From assembly GCA_016938235.1 (NCBI GenBank), contig JAFGVA010000063.1, positions 56,010 to 120,009 on the forward strand: 64,000 bases of DNA. Reading direction: 5' to 3'. Source of the DNA: Bacteroidales bacterium (GTDB lineage: Bacteria > Bacteroidota > Bacteroidia > Bacteroidales > UBA10428). The position numbers were made by a program, and so were the translations under genes. The notes below the pieces were generated by a model. The model had not been told where the DNA came from. It saw only the letters and a program-made list of their open reading frames with translations, and searched no databases. Shown here in pieces: positions 1 through 10,800 of this stretch. The first letter of the stretch is position 1; each line of letters starts with the position of its first letter.

Positions 1-1579
1 GTGGAATATGCTATTAGGCGGCATGCTTACTGTCTTCTTCTTTGCCCGGCTTTGGCGAAGAGCTAATATTTTAACCGATGCTGAGTTTGTTTCAATACGG
101 TATTCAGGAAAAGCGGCTAGCTTTCTCAGAGGATTCAGAGCTGTATATATTGGCATTTTTATGAATGTTATTGTAATTGCATGGGTAAATCTTGCCATGG
201 TTAAAATTCTTTCGGTAATGTTTCCCGACCTGAGCATTTTCGGACATACTTCAATTTCAGTTCTTGGCATTGAGTTCTCTGCTCATATGCTTGCGGTAGG
301 CGCCTTGTTATTTATTGTGGCAATTTATTCAGCATTATCTGGCTTGTGGGGCGTATCAATTACAGACACATTCCAATTTATCATGGCTATGTCGGGAAGT
401 ATAGCATTAGCCATAATAGCTCTGAAAAAGATTGGTGGAATAGATATTTTAAAAGAAAAACTTGACCATGTTAAATGGGTATTCGACTTTCTTCCGGCAG
501 TTGAAAGCAAGGGAGCCGAATCGGTTGGCGCCGGTGGAATACTTAAAATGTCGGTTACTGCCATGATTGCATACCTTGGTGTTCAGTGGTGGGCAAGCTG
601 GTATCCGGGAGCCGAACCCGGAGGTGGTGGTTACGTAGCGCAAAGAATGATGTCGGCAAAAGACGAAAAACACAGTTTGTTGGCCACGCTCTGGTTCCAG
701 ATAGCACATTACGCTTTACGCCCCTGGCCCTGGGTTATTGTTGCCCTTGTTACGCTAGTGGTTTATCCCGATGCAAGCGACAGAGGCGCAACCTATGTTA
801 TGATGATTCGCGATTATATGCCTTCCGGATTACTTGGACTAATGATTGCTGCATTCCTGGCAGCATTTATGTCTACCATTGCTTCTCAGACAGTCTGGGG
901 AACATCTTATATTATAAACGACTTGTACAAACCCTTTATAAAGCCAAATGCCAGCGAAAAGTATTATGTTAAAATCTCGAGGATTGCAACTTTTATACTC
1001 ATGGTATTTTCGCTATTTGTAACAACACAATTCGATAAAATTAGTGATGCCTGGAAATTTGTACTGGCCCTGAGCGCAGGAATTGGGCCTGTATTAATTT
1101 TTCGCTGGTTTTGGTGGCGTATTAACGCATGGAGCGAAATTTCTGCTATGTTGGCCCCTTACCTTATATTCCCGGTATTAAAATTTGGTTTTGGAATGGA
1201 TATTATTTCCGGTGATTTCGAACTAAGCCTGTTAATTATTGTAGCGTGGAGCAGTATTGTCTGGTTAATAGTAACTTTTGTTACTTCTCCTGTTGAAAAA
1301 GAAAAACTTAAAAGCTTCTATTCCAAGGTTCACCCTGGTGGCAGAGGATGGAAAATAATCAGCGATACGATGCCTGAAGTAAAAAAAGATTCGGGCTATA
1401 TCTACCTGTTTATAAACTGGATTCTTGGTTGCATTCTTGTAATGTTTAGTTTGTTTGGTTTTGGAAAAATTATTTTCCACGAATACCTGAATGGTATAAT
1501 ATACCTTGTTATAGCCTTAATTGCCGGAGGTGGTATTTACTTTAACCTGAATAAGGTTGGCTGGGATAAGGTGAAGTAG
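1..1579 (+). CDS. Sodium:solute symporter (SSF) family transporter, 5'-truncated by the window edge
   Basis: ORF 8..1579 stays open in the same frame back to base 2. It encodes 523 aa of multi-pass hydrophobic sequence with SSF-like stretches (GGMLTVFFFARLWRR, GGGYVAQRMMSAKDE). Stop TAG is at 1577-1579. Confidence 0.8.
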   Translation, partial: WNMLLGGMLTVFFFARLWRRANILTDAEFVSIRYSGKAASFLRGFRAVYIGIFMNVIVIAWVNLAMVKILSVMFPDLSIFGHTSISVLGIEFSAHMLAVGALLFIVAIYSALSGLWGVSITDTFQFIMAMSGSIALAIIALKKIGGIDILKEKLDHVKWVFDFLPAVESKGAESVGAGGILKMSVTAMIAYLGVQWWASWYPGAEPGGGGYVAQRMMSAKDEKHSLLATLWFQIAHYALRPWPWVIVALVTLVVYPDASDRGATYVMMIRDYMPSGLLGLMIAAFLAAFMSTIASQTVWGTSYIINDLYKPFIKPNASEKYYVKISRIATFILMVFSLFVTTQFDKISDAWKFVLALSAGIGPVLIFRWFWWRINAWSEISAMLAPYLIFPVLKFGFGMDIISGDFELSLLIIVAWSSIVWLIVTFVTSPVEKEKLKSFYSKVHPGGRGWKIISDTMPEVKKDSGYIYLFINWILGCILVMFSLFGFGKIIFHEYLNGIIYLVIALIAGGGIYFNLNKVGWDKVK

Positions 1580-1580
1580 C

Positions 1581-1622
1581 AAGTTGGGAGTTGAAAGACC
1601 GAAGCTGTGAGTTTGAATCAAA
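1581..1622 (+). repeat. Degenerate heptad-periodic tract (AAGTTGG GAGTTGA AAGACCG AAGCTGT GAGTTTG AATCAAA)
   Basis: The tract starts 1 nt after the symporter stop codon. Six 7-nt units carry RAG in phase. The first two units match the unit vocabulary of the arrays at 18589 and 33341. Confidence 0.4.
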
Positions 1623-1646
1623 ACAATAAAGTTTAGAAGAAAAAAA

Positions 1647-2492
1647 ATGCCGGAAAACAAATATATAATAGGAGTTGATTTAGGCGGAACAACCATTCAT
1701 GCGGGGTTGGTTAGCAATGGAATAGTTATAAAAAGAGCTGAAAATCCAACTCAGAATTATGAATCAAGGCAAAAAGTATTCGAAAATCTTGTTAAAGCAA
1801 TACAAGAAATAGATTCAAATGAGGCTGAATCGATTGGAATTGGTCTTCCTGGAATTTTAAACCCTGAAACAGGTATTATTCACGATATAGTTAACATACA
1901 ATCGTGGAATGGTTTTAATTTAAAAAAGGAACTTTCTCAAATTCTCAATAAACCAGTTTATATCGATAACGATGCTAATTGCTTTGCTTTGGGGTCAGCC
2001 AAATATGGTGCTGCCAAAGCCTTAAAGCATATGGTTGGTTTAAGCCTTGGTACAGGATTAGGTGCCGGTATAGTTAGTAATGGAATAATTTATGGCGGAC
2101 TTAACAATGGGGCTGGTGAATTTGGCCAAATACCTTATCAGAAGTACCGGTATGAGCAATACTGTAGCGGACAATTTTTTACTAAAATAAAGGGGGTAGA
2201 CGGAGAAAACGTTTTCCGGGCTGCATGTAATAATGATGCACATGCGCTTGAAATCTGGCGTGAATTTGGAATTCATTTAGGAAAACTTGTAATTAATATT
2301 TTATACAGTCTGGCACCGGAAGCTATTGTTTTTGGTGGCTCAGTGAGCAAAGGTTTTCCCTATTTCAGTGCTGAAATTGAAAAGGCTCTTACAGCTCTGC
2401 CCTTGAGAAATGTTGCTGACAATATACAATTACTGGTTGAAGAGAATGAAGATATAGCTTTGCTTGGAGCAGCTGCTATATGTTCAAAATAA
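1647..2492 (+). CDS. ROK-family sugar kinase (glucokinase / N-acetylhexosamine kinase-like)
   Basis: 281 aa with an N-terminal ATPase phosphate-1 motif (IIGVDLGGTTIHAG), DNDANCFALG and GAGEFGQ motifs typical of ROK/ASKHA kinases. The CxCGxxGC zinc motif was not seen. Confidence 0.8.
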   Translation: MPENKYIIGVDLGGTTIHAGLVSNGIVIKRAENPTQNYESRQKVFENLVKAIQEIDSNEAESIGIGLPGILNPETGIIHDIVNIQSWNGFNLKKELSQILNKPVYIDNDANCFALGSAKYGAAKALKHMVGLSLGTGLGAGIVSNGIIYGGLNNGAGEFGQIPYQKYRYEQYCSGQFFTKIKGVDGENVFRAACNNDAHALEIWREFGIHLGKLVINILYSLAPEAIVFGGSVSKGFPYFSAEIEKALTALPLRNVADNIQLLVEENEDIALLGAAAICSK

Positions 2493-2502
2493 AAACAGGC
2501 TC

Positions 2503-3594
2503 ATGAACTCAAAACGATTACTCTCCCTCGATGCATTTCGTGGTTTTACCATTGCTGCCATGATTTTGGTAAATAACCCTGCTGACTGGGGGCATGTTTT
2601 TACACCCTTATTGCATGCTGAATGGAACGGAATTACGCCTACTGACCTTATATTTCCATTCTTTTTATTTATTGTTGGTGTTTCTATTGCCGTGGCATAT
2701 TCAAAAAGACTCCACGCGGGCGATAAAAAATCGAATCTGGTTAAAAAAATTGTCTGGCGTTCTGTTAAAATATTCCTGGTTGGAGTTGCACTGAGTTACA
2801 TTCATGTATTGAATTTCGAGGATTTAAGAATTGTTGGTGTATTGCAACGAATAGCCATCGTATTTTTGATTTGTAGTTTACTTTATTTGTTCTCAAGCAC
2901 CAAAGCCCAAATTATTATTGGCTCTGCACTGTTATTGATATACTTCATAGCCATGTGTTTTATTCCCACACCGGGATATGGAAAAGTGATGCTGGAACCG
3001 GGAGTAAACATGGCAGCATGGATAGACAGTTTCATAGTTCCGGGAAAGATGTGGCAGGGAAGCTGGGATCCGGAAGGATTTTTCAGCACAATCCCGGCTA
3101 TTTCAACAGGTATTTTCGGAATACTTGTTGGTCAACTAATAATGAGCGAGCTGAAAGTTGAAACTAAAATAATCTGGCTGTTTATTACCGGATTCATGGT
3201 AACAATTGCAGGTTTGGTCTGGGGTTGGATTTTTCCAATAAATAAAAACCTATGGAGTAGTTCTTATGTGTTATTTACTGGCGGACTTGCCAGTCTGACA
3301 CTTGCTGTAAGCATTTACCTCGTAGATGTACTTAAAAAGACAAAAACGGCCCAAATTGGGATAATTTTCGGTGCAAATGCCATTACAATTTATGTGCTGG
3401 CCGATTTGCTAAACTTTGTTTTTTATCAAATGATGATTGGCTCATATAGTCTAAGCAATTATTTTATGCAATGGTTTCAATCAACAGGTATCATGATGAA
3501 AACCGGGAGTTTTCTTTATGCGCTGATGTATATTGGGGTATTGTTTGTGCCTGCTTACATTCTTTATAGGAAGAAGGTGTTTATTAAACTTTAG
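2503..3594 (+). CDS. HGSNAT-like (DUF5009/DUF1624) transmembrane acyltransferase family protein
   Basis: Motif RLLSLDAFRGFTIAAMILVNNPADWGHVFTPLLHAEWNGITPTDLIFPFFLF followed by about 10 predicted TM helices. I place the start at ATG 2503; the ORF-track start at 2464 is a TTG that overlaps the ROK gene. Confidence 0.75.
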   Translation: MNSKRLLSLDAFRGFTIAAMILVNNPADWGHVFTPLLHAEWNGITPTDLIFPFFLFIVGVSIAVAYSKRLHAGDKKSNLVKKIVWRSVKIFLVGVALSYIHVLNFEDLRIVGVLQRIAIVFLICSLLYLFSSTKAQIIIGSALLLIYFIAMCFIPTPGYGKVMLEPGVNMAAWIDSFIVPGKMWQGSWDPEGFFSTIPAISTGIFGILVGQLIMSELKVETKIIWLFITGFMVTIAGLVWGWIFPINKNLWSSSYVLFTGGLASLTLAVSIYLVDVLKKTKTAQIGIIFGANAITIYVLADLLNFVFYQMMIGSYSLSNYFMQWFQSTGIMMKTGSFLYALMYIGVLFVPAYILYRKKVFIKL

Positions 3595-3611
3595 AATGTA
3601 TATATTAAACC

Positions 3612-3665
3612 GGCGCGCGGCTCTGCCGCGTGACACAGTACAGTCACGCGGCAGAGCCGCGCGCC
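3612..3665. terminator. Perfect 23-bp GC-rich inverted repeat (hairpin); possible bidirectional terminator or palindromic element
   Basis: GGCGCGCGGCTCTGCCGCGTGAC (3612-3634), 8-nt loop, GTCACGCGGCAGAGCCGCGCGCC (3643-3665). It lies between convergent genes, and a T-rich run (ATTTTCTTT) begins 9 nt after the right arm. The GC content stands out sharply against AT-rich flanks. Confidence 0.45.
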
Positions 3666-3675
3666 AGTATAAAAT

Positions 3676-3759
3676 TTTCTTTATGCACTATTGTATATTG
3701 GGATATTGTTTGTTCAGGCATATTCTCTATACAAAATAAAAATATTTATTAAGCTTTAG
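3676..3759 (+). pseudogene. Displaced, diverged second copy of the last 27 codons plus stop of the HGSNAT-like gene
   Basis: 3676-3759 translates as FLYALLYIGILFVQAYSLYKIKIFIKL*, against the live gene end FLYALMYIGVLFVPAYILYRKKVFIKL* (3511-3594). The copies have the same length and the same frame modulo 3. The offset is exactly 165 nt. Confidence 0.6.
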
Positions 3760-3856
3760 AAATTTTTGGTAAGAGGCTTAAATGCACGCCATACGTCAAA
3801 GCCGTTCGTTAACTTATACTAATTACTGCCTTCGCAGGAACGACGATTTATACAAA

Positions 3857-4849
3857 CTAAAAATGCGGGCATGGAACAGCACCAAGCTTATTGCTTTTAC
3901 CTCCCCAACCAAGCTGAAACTGGTAAGATAGTGAGATTTCATGTGCCCCTCCTGTCGATGCAAGTAACCTCGACGTTGAAATATCATAGCTGTAATTTAT
4001 CAATATATCCCTATAGGTATAGCCTGCAAGTAATACCACGGCATTCATACCGGCATTGTCTTTAAATACAGGCACTCCCCTAAAAAACAAACCGATACGA
4101 AAAGGGTGCTCTTCGTAGTAAGCTCCTAAATCGAGTTGATTAAAACGCGCCTGGTTTTTATAAAAAAATGAAACTGTAAAAGTTCTGTCAACCTTTGAAA
4201 TCACACTTTCAAACAGATTCATTTGTGCTCCGCCATATACACTTATTTTAAGTGCCGGATAGGTGGGATCATCAGAGAAGTTCTTATTCAGCGATAGTAA
4301 ATGATCGCCCGTGAAACCAAACCAGTAAAAAGATGAATATACGAGTGCCGAAGTACTGAAATCATAGTGTTTTACCATTTCCTCCTTCGGAATTTCTATT
4401 GAAGACACGGCGCTTCTTGTAAGCTGATCTGCAAAATCAATAGAATTGTAATCAATATTTCTGAAATAGTAACCAGCTTTCATCCCGGGCCGAATGCTTA
4501 TTTCCCTGTTTACAGGAATAGTATATGAATAGGTTAAACCCAGATTGGTTGTATTGTACACTCCTCCCTCCTGGGTTCGGAATATCATTGCACCAATTCC
4601 ACTCTTATAATCATAGAGATAATGATCGAAAGAGAAAGCATAATCGGTATAAGCCTTTGGTAAATTTGGCCACTGATTTCTGTAATTGGCAATGAACCTT
4701 GTTTTCTCAGTTGCTCCTGTAAGCGATGGGCTCAAATACAAGGGAGAAGAATAAAACTGTGAAAACTGAGAATCCTGGGATTTTGAGGTTTTTAATAAAA
4801 ATAACCCCAAAACTACGAATGCGATATATTTTAATTTCATATTATTCAA
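3857..4849 (-). CDS. PorP/SprF-family type IX secretion system outer-membrane protein
   Basis: Signal peptide followed by QDSQFSQFYSSPLYLSPSLTG...ANYRNQWPNLP, the hallmark N-terminus of PorP/SprF. The start codon directly abuts the stop of the upstream giant type-B-CTD gene. Confidence 0.9.
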   Translation of the reverse strand: MNNMKLKYIAFVVLGLFLLKTSKSQDSQFSQFYSSPLYLSPSLTGATEKTRFIANYRNQWPNLPKAYTDYAFSFDHYLYDYKSGIGAMIFRTQEGGVYNTTNLGLTYSYTIPVNREISIRPGMKAGYYFRNIDYNSIDFADQLTRSAVSSIEIPKEEMVKHYDFSTSALVYSSFYWFGFTGDHLLSLNKNFSDDPTYPALKISVYGGAQMNLFESVISKVDRTFTVSFFYKNQARFNQLDLGAYYEEHPFRIGLFFRGVPVFKDNAGMNAVVLLAGYTYRDILINYSYDISTSRLLASTGGAHEISLSYQFQLGWGGKSNKLGAVPCPHF

Positions 4850-7800
4850 TTATCGAATTAACAATACCGTTCCTACCTTTTTATAATCTCTGCCGTTGTT
4901 GTATTTGCCCGTTACTTTCCAAACATATACACCTTCTTCAAGTAATTCTCCATTGTAGTAACCATCCCATCCAATACTAATTTCACGACTTTCAAAAACC
5001 AGCACTCCCCATTTATTGAATACCTCAAGATGGTATTCATCCAATCCTTCTCCGATGGGGAAAAACACATCGTTACTAAAGTCATTTTCATTATATACTC
5101 CGTTACTTGAGCCTTCAAGATTGGGAGTAAATGCATTCGGGAATATAATGGTTCCACTTTCCAGTACCTCTACTGCTCCAATCATAGTTGTAGAGTCGTA
5201 ACAGTTTTTATCAGAGTATGCATGTAGGGTGATATCGTATAAACCGGGAGTTACATAAGTGTATTTCGGGTCACGTTCTTCAGAGGTGGATCCGTCACCA
5301 AACTCCCAGACATAGCTAACTGCATTTGTAGAATTATTTATAAATAATGCATCTTCTTCCGGAATATAAACCTCTTTATTTACAACCAGGAATGAAGCAT
5401 CTGGCTGAGGATACACTGTAATAAGGGTATCTTTCTGTATTACCTCACCGGCATTACCGATTATTGTTAGTGTAGGACGATATGTACCTGGTTCGGTATA
5501 AATATGTCTGACCGTTACCTCTTCCGAGCTTGTTCCATCATCGAAATCCCAGCTAAATGGCAGGTTATCCATCGAATTGTTTACAAAGTATATCTCCAGT
5601 GGAGGACAACCTTCGCTGCTTGTAATAACAAAACTCGCTCCGGGAGGTACATTATATGTAACAGATACATCATCGTAACTTATACAACCATTTATATCGA
5701 CAGACCAACGGAATGTATTTAAACCCGCTCCCAGTCCATTAACAAAAGTAATTGAGTTGTTTTGTTGTTCAAAAGCACCTAAGCCTCCTACAACCGACCA
5801 CATTCCATTACCAGATGAAGGATTATTTGCTGCAAGCAAAGTTCTTGGCTCTCCAACAACCTGGTCAATTCCGGCATAAATATCCAGTTTATTATTTACA
5901 ACAGTGATATCGTCGGTAGTTTCACATTCGTCATAAGTAATTGTCCAGCGCAAGGTATTTGTACCAAATCCAAGATTTGAAACAATTGCATCGTATTTTG
6001 CGGCATTATCAAAAGAGCCTGAACCACTAATAACACTCCACATTCCTACTCCACTAATCGGATCGTTTGCAAAAAGTTTACCCGAAGCACTGCAAAGTTC
6101 CATATCCTGTCCGGCATCCGCCACGTAGGGTAAATCATTCGTAATAACAACATCGTCGTATTTGGTGCAACCTTCATTTTCAATAACCCACCGTAGCGTA
6201 TTATTTCCAGGATTCAAACCTGAAACTGTAGTGTTATACTTTGTACTGTCTTCGAAACTTGCAGCACCACTTACCAGTACCCAATGACCGGTACCTATTG
6301 CAGGTATATTGGCAAACAAGGTAGTATAATCGCCACAAATTGTTTGATCACCACCCGCTATTGAAGTAGAAGGCGAATTATTGGTTACAGAAACATTGTC
6401 GGAAGAAGAACAATCTCCGTTTAAGATCATCCAGCGTAAGACATTGGTACCTTTGCCCAGGTTCCTGACTTTTGTATTATAATTAATGTTATCAACGAAA
6501 GTTGCTGAACCTTTAATAACAGACCATTGTCCAATACCAAAGGGAGGATTATTTCCGAACAATACCGTTGAATCGGAGCAAACAGAAACATCTGTTCCCG
6601 CATCACTATCAACAGTTGCATTATTTGTTATTACTACCTCATCAGTAGAAGTACAACCACTGTTTGAGATTGTCCAGCGTAAAGTATTTACACCGTATCC
6701 CAGATTTGTTATTTTACTGGTATTGCTGTTTATATCAGAAATAGTCGCTGAACCACTCAGAATAGACCATTCGCCAGTTCCAATTAATGGCACACCAGCC
6801 TTAAGTGCGGTACTGTCAATACATAAAGATTCATCTGGTCCGGCATAGGAAACAGTTGGCAGATCATTACTGATAACAACATCTGCATGAGATTCACAAA
6901 TATCGTTAATAATTGTCCACCGTAGAATATTTGCTCCTTTATCGAGTTTGGAAACTCGCGTATCTGGTTGTGTTGCATCATCAAATGTTGCTGAACCCGA
7001 ACCGCCCAATACAGTCCATAAACCTTCACCCGCATCCGGATTATTGGCTTCAAGAACGGTGGTTTCAGAGCAAATCGCCTGATCGGATCCGGCCACTGCT
7101 TCGATAAGTGAATTAGTTATCACCACCTCATCGAAATTTGAACAACCGTAATTCGAAATAGTCCAACGAAATACATTAATTCCCTGATTCATATCCGTAA
7201 CTTTCGAAGTTGAGCTCAATGAGTCAGCAATATCACCTGAACCACTCTGTATTGACCATGTTCCGGTTCCAATTATCGGAGTATTAGCTGCCAGGCTTAT
7301 AGAATCGGCACACAAAACTTTATCGGCTCCGGCTTGTGCTTTTGACGGGGTGTTATTTGTAACAACAGTTTCATCGAAAAGAGAGCATGATTTATTGGTA
7401 ATTGTCCATCGAAGTGTGTTATCTCCTTCAGCAAGACTTGAAACAATATTTCCATTGAATGTGGCTGAACCACCTATTACGCTCCATGTCCCTGTGCCTA
7501 CTGAAGGTGTGTTCGGACTTAAAATTGTGGTATTAGAGCATATAGACTGATCCTGTCCGGCAATAGCTTCAGTAGGCAAATCGTTGCTTATCGAAACATT
7601 GTCGCTAAGGATACATGATTTATTGGTGATTGTCCATTTATAAATGTTTTCACCTTTAGACATGCTTCTGACAATTGTATTATAAACTGAATCATTGTCG
7701 AAAGTTCCTGCACCACTTACTACAGTCCATTTTCCTTTGCCAATCAAAGGCTCATTTGCTGAAAGTTTTGTAGAGTCTGAGCACAAAACCTGTATTCCTC

Positions 7801-10800
7801 CTCCATCAGCCTGTGTTGGCAAGTCATTTGTAATAACCACATCGTCTGACGAATAGCCATTTTGCCAGATTGTCCAGCGTAATACATTGTCACCAGATGC
7901 TAAGCCTTTCACCGTTGTGTTGTATTGTGTTTTATCGGTAAAGGTTGCTGAACCCTGAATTACTGACCATTCTCCAAAGCCAAATATTGGTTCATTTGCT
8001 TCGAGCTGAGCCTCGGTAGAACAAATGGTTTGATCTGAACCTGCATCGGTATCTGTTGGTGTAAAGTTTGTTATTATTACTTCGTCGTACGATATACAGG
8101 AATTATGGGAGATAGTCCACCGGAAAGTATTATCGCCGAGTGCCAGACCAGTAACATTTGTATTGTATAAACCAGGTTCAGCAATAACCGCAGAACCTGC
8201 AATTAAAGACCATGTACCGGTGCCAATAGCCGGAATATTTCCCTGTAATGTTGTAAAGTCGGCAGTAATAACTTCATCATTACCAGCATCGGACTGGGTT
8301 GGTGAATCGTTTGTAATAGAAACGGTATCGGTACTTATACAACCATTGTTATTGATATTCCATCCCAGAATATTTTCGCCTTTAGCGAGGCCTGTTACCC
8401 TGGTATTGTAAAGATTATTATTTACAAATGCTGCAGAACCACTAAAAACCGACCAGTTTCCAACACCTGTAACAGGTGGAGTTGCTGCAAGATCAGCAGT
8501 TCTATCGCAAATTACCTGGTCAATACCGGCATTAACACTGACTTTATTATTTGTAACAGAAACTTCATCAATTGAACTACAAATTCCATTGGTAATTGTC
8601 CACCTAAGTATATTTGATCCCTTACTTATGTTCGTTATTGCAGAGTTATTCTGTGAAGCATTGGCAAAACTAACAGAACCTGAAATAACTGTCCAGTTTC
8701 CAACGCCAACGGCAGGATTGTTTGCTGACAAAGAAGTTGAAGTACCACATATTGACTGGTCAATGCCTGCATACGCTGTTGAAGGAGCCTGGTTATCAAC
8801 TACAACCGTATCATAATCGGAACAGGTACCATTTGTTAATGTCCATCTTAAAATGTTTATACCTGATGCAAAAGCCGATGCAGTAGAAATTGGACTGTCG
8901 CCATCAGAGAAACTGGCAGATCCAGTTGTTATCGACCAACCTCCAAATGCTCCATCGGGCGGGGTGTTTCCTTCAAGGGTAATGCTTTCGATACAAATAG
9001 TCTGGTTAGTACCAGCCTCTGCTACCACACTGTTATTTCGGACAACAACAGTATCGGTTGAAGAACAACCACTTTGCGTTACTGTCCAGATAAATGTATT
9101 CGAACCAGTTCTCAGGTTTGTAACCGACGAAGTGTTGATATTTACATTCTGAACAACTGCCGGGCCATCAAGTACAGACCATGTTCCGGTTGCAGTACCC
9201 GGATGTACTGCTTCAAGTGATGAATTATCTGAACATATGCTTTGATCCGGACCTGCAAGTGCATTAGGAATCGGATTTGCAACAACATTATGGGCTGTAG
9301 AAATGGTTCCGTTTCCACAGGTATTTTCACCCTGAACAAATATGTTACCTCCTAGTTCTCCATTGGCAAATGAAACCTCGATTAAGCGGGTTCCTTCGCC
9401 TGACTGTATGGTAACACCTACAGGTAAAATCCAGTTGTATACGCTGGTATTATTGATATTGGCAACTTCAAATATTACATTTTCATCTCCCTGGCAAACA
9501 CTTGTGGGTCCAACAATTACACCTGCAGCTGATGGATAAACATTAACTGCCAAATCGGATCCATCGCTGTTCACAGCTCCACAGGTTCCTGTAACGACAC
9601 AGCGATAAATTCCGGCATCGGTTGATACCAGGTTATTTATAGTAAGAATAGCTGTATTTGAACCAAATACTTTTGCATTATCAGATAGGTTTATTTCATT
9701 CCTCTGCCATTGATAAATCAGGTTTTCGCCCGTTGCGGCAACGGTAAATACAGCAACATCACCCTCACAAGTAGATTTGCTTACAGGTTGAGTGGTAATA
9801 ACAGTTTCTTCAGTAATTGTAACTGAAGCGGGGGAACTGTTCTCGGTTCCGCACGAACCGGTGACCAAACAGGTATAAACACCTGAATTAGAGAGAATAG
9901 AATTATTCAATAATAAGGTATTGGTAGCAGATCCAGATATGTCACCGCCATCAGAAAGATTCGAACCATTCTTTTTCCACTGATAGGTTAAATTATCTCC
10001 AAGTGAAGCTACATTCATTGATACCTGGCTTCCTTCGCACACTGTTGTTCCAACCGGTTGGGTAAAAATATGCGTATTCTCATACGAATTTAGAGTGGCA
10101 ATATTACTGTTTACCGTATTACAACCGCCTGTTACCATACAACGGAAAGAACCATCATTGGCAGGAACAATTCCATTAATATTTAACAATGAAGTATTTA
10201 CCCCGGAAACAGCTCCGGTATTACTTAAGTTTACTCCATCTTTCTGCCACTGATAAGTAATATTTTTACCAGAGGCTAAAACAGAAAAACTCACATTATC
10301 GCCTTCACAACCTAAAATATCGATGGGTTGCAGACTTATTTTTGTGACTGAATCGACTTTAACTATTGCCAGGTTGCTGATTGCTGAACTACACTCACCT
10401 GATACTTCAACAGTATATGACCCTTTATCGGTTAAAACTGCATTTGTAACACTCAGATTTGCTGAGTTCACACCCGAAATATTGCCTCCATTCGATAATG
10501 CTACTCCGTCTTTTGACCACTGATAAACCAGATTATCGCCAATGCCAACAACTCCCATTGAGAATGAACTTCCCTCACAAACAGTGGTTCCTGTAGGATG
10601 AGTAGTTATCTGTGTAGTTGTATATGAACTTAATGTTGCAGGATCGCTATAAATAGTGTTACAGGAACCCGTAATTTCGCATCTGTATGAAGCCGCATCA
10701 GCAGGCACAATATCTGCTATACTAAGTACATTTGTACCTGTACCACTTATTGTTCCTCCATCAGAAATATCAACACCGTTCTTTTGCCACTGGTAAGTTA

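Noticed and set aside
2464-2502. TTG-initiated extension of the HGSNAT-like ORF overlapping the ROK gene.
   Set aside because: ATG 2503 sits directly before the conserved N-terminus (MNSKRLLSLDAFRG) and removes the overlap.
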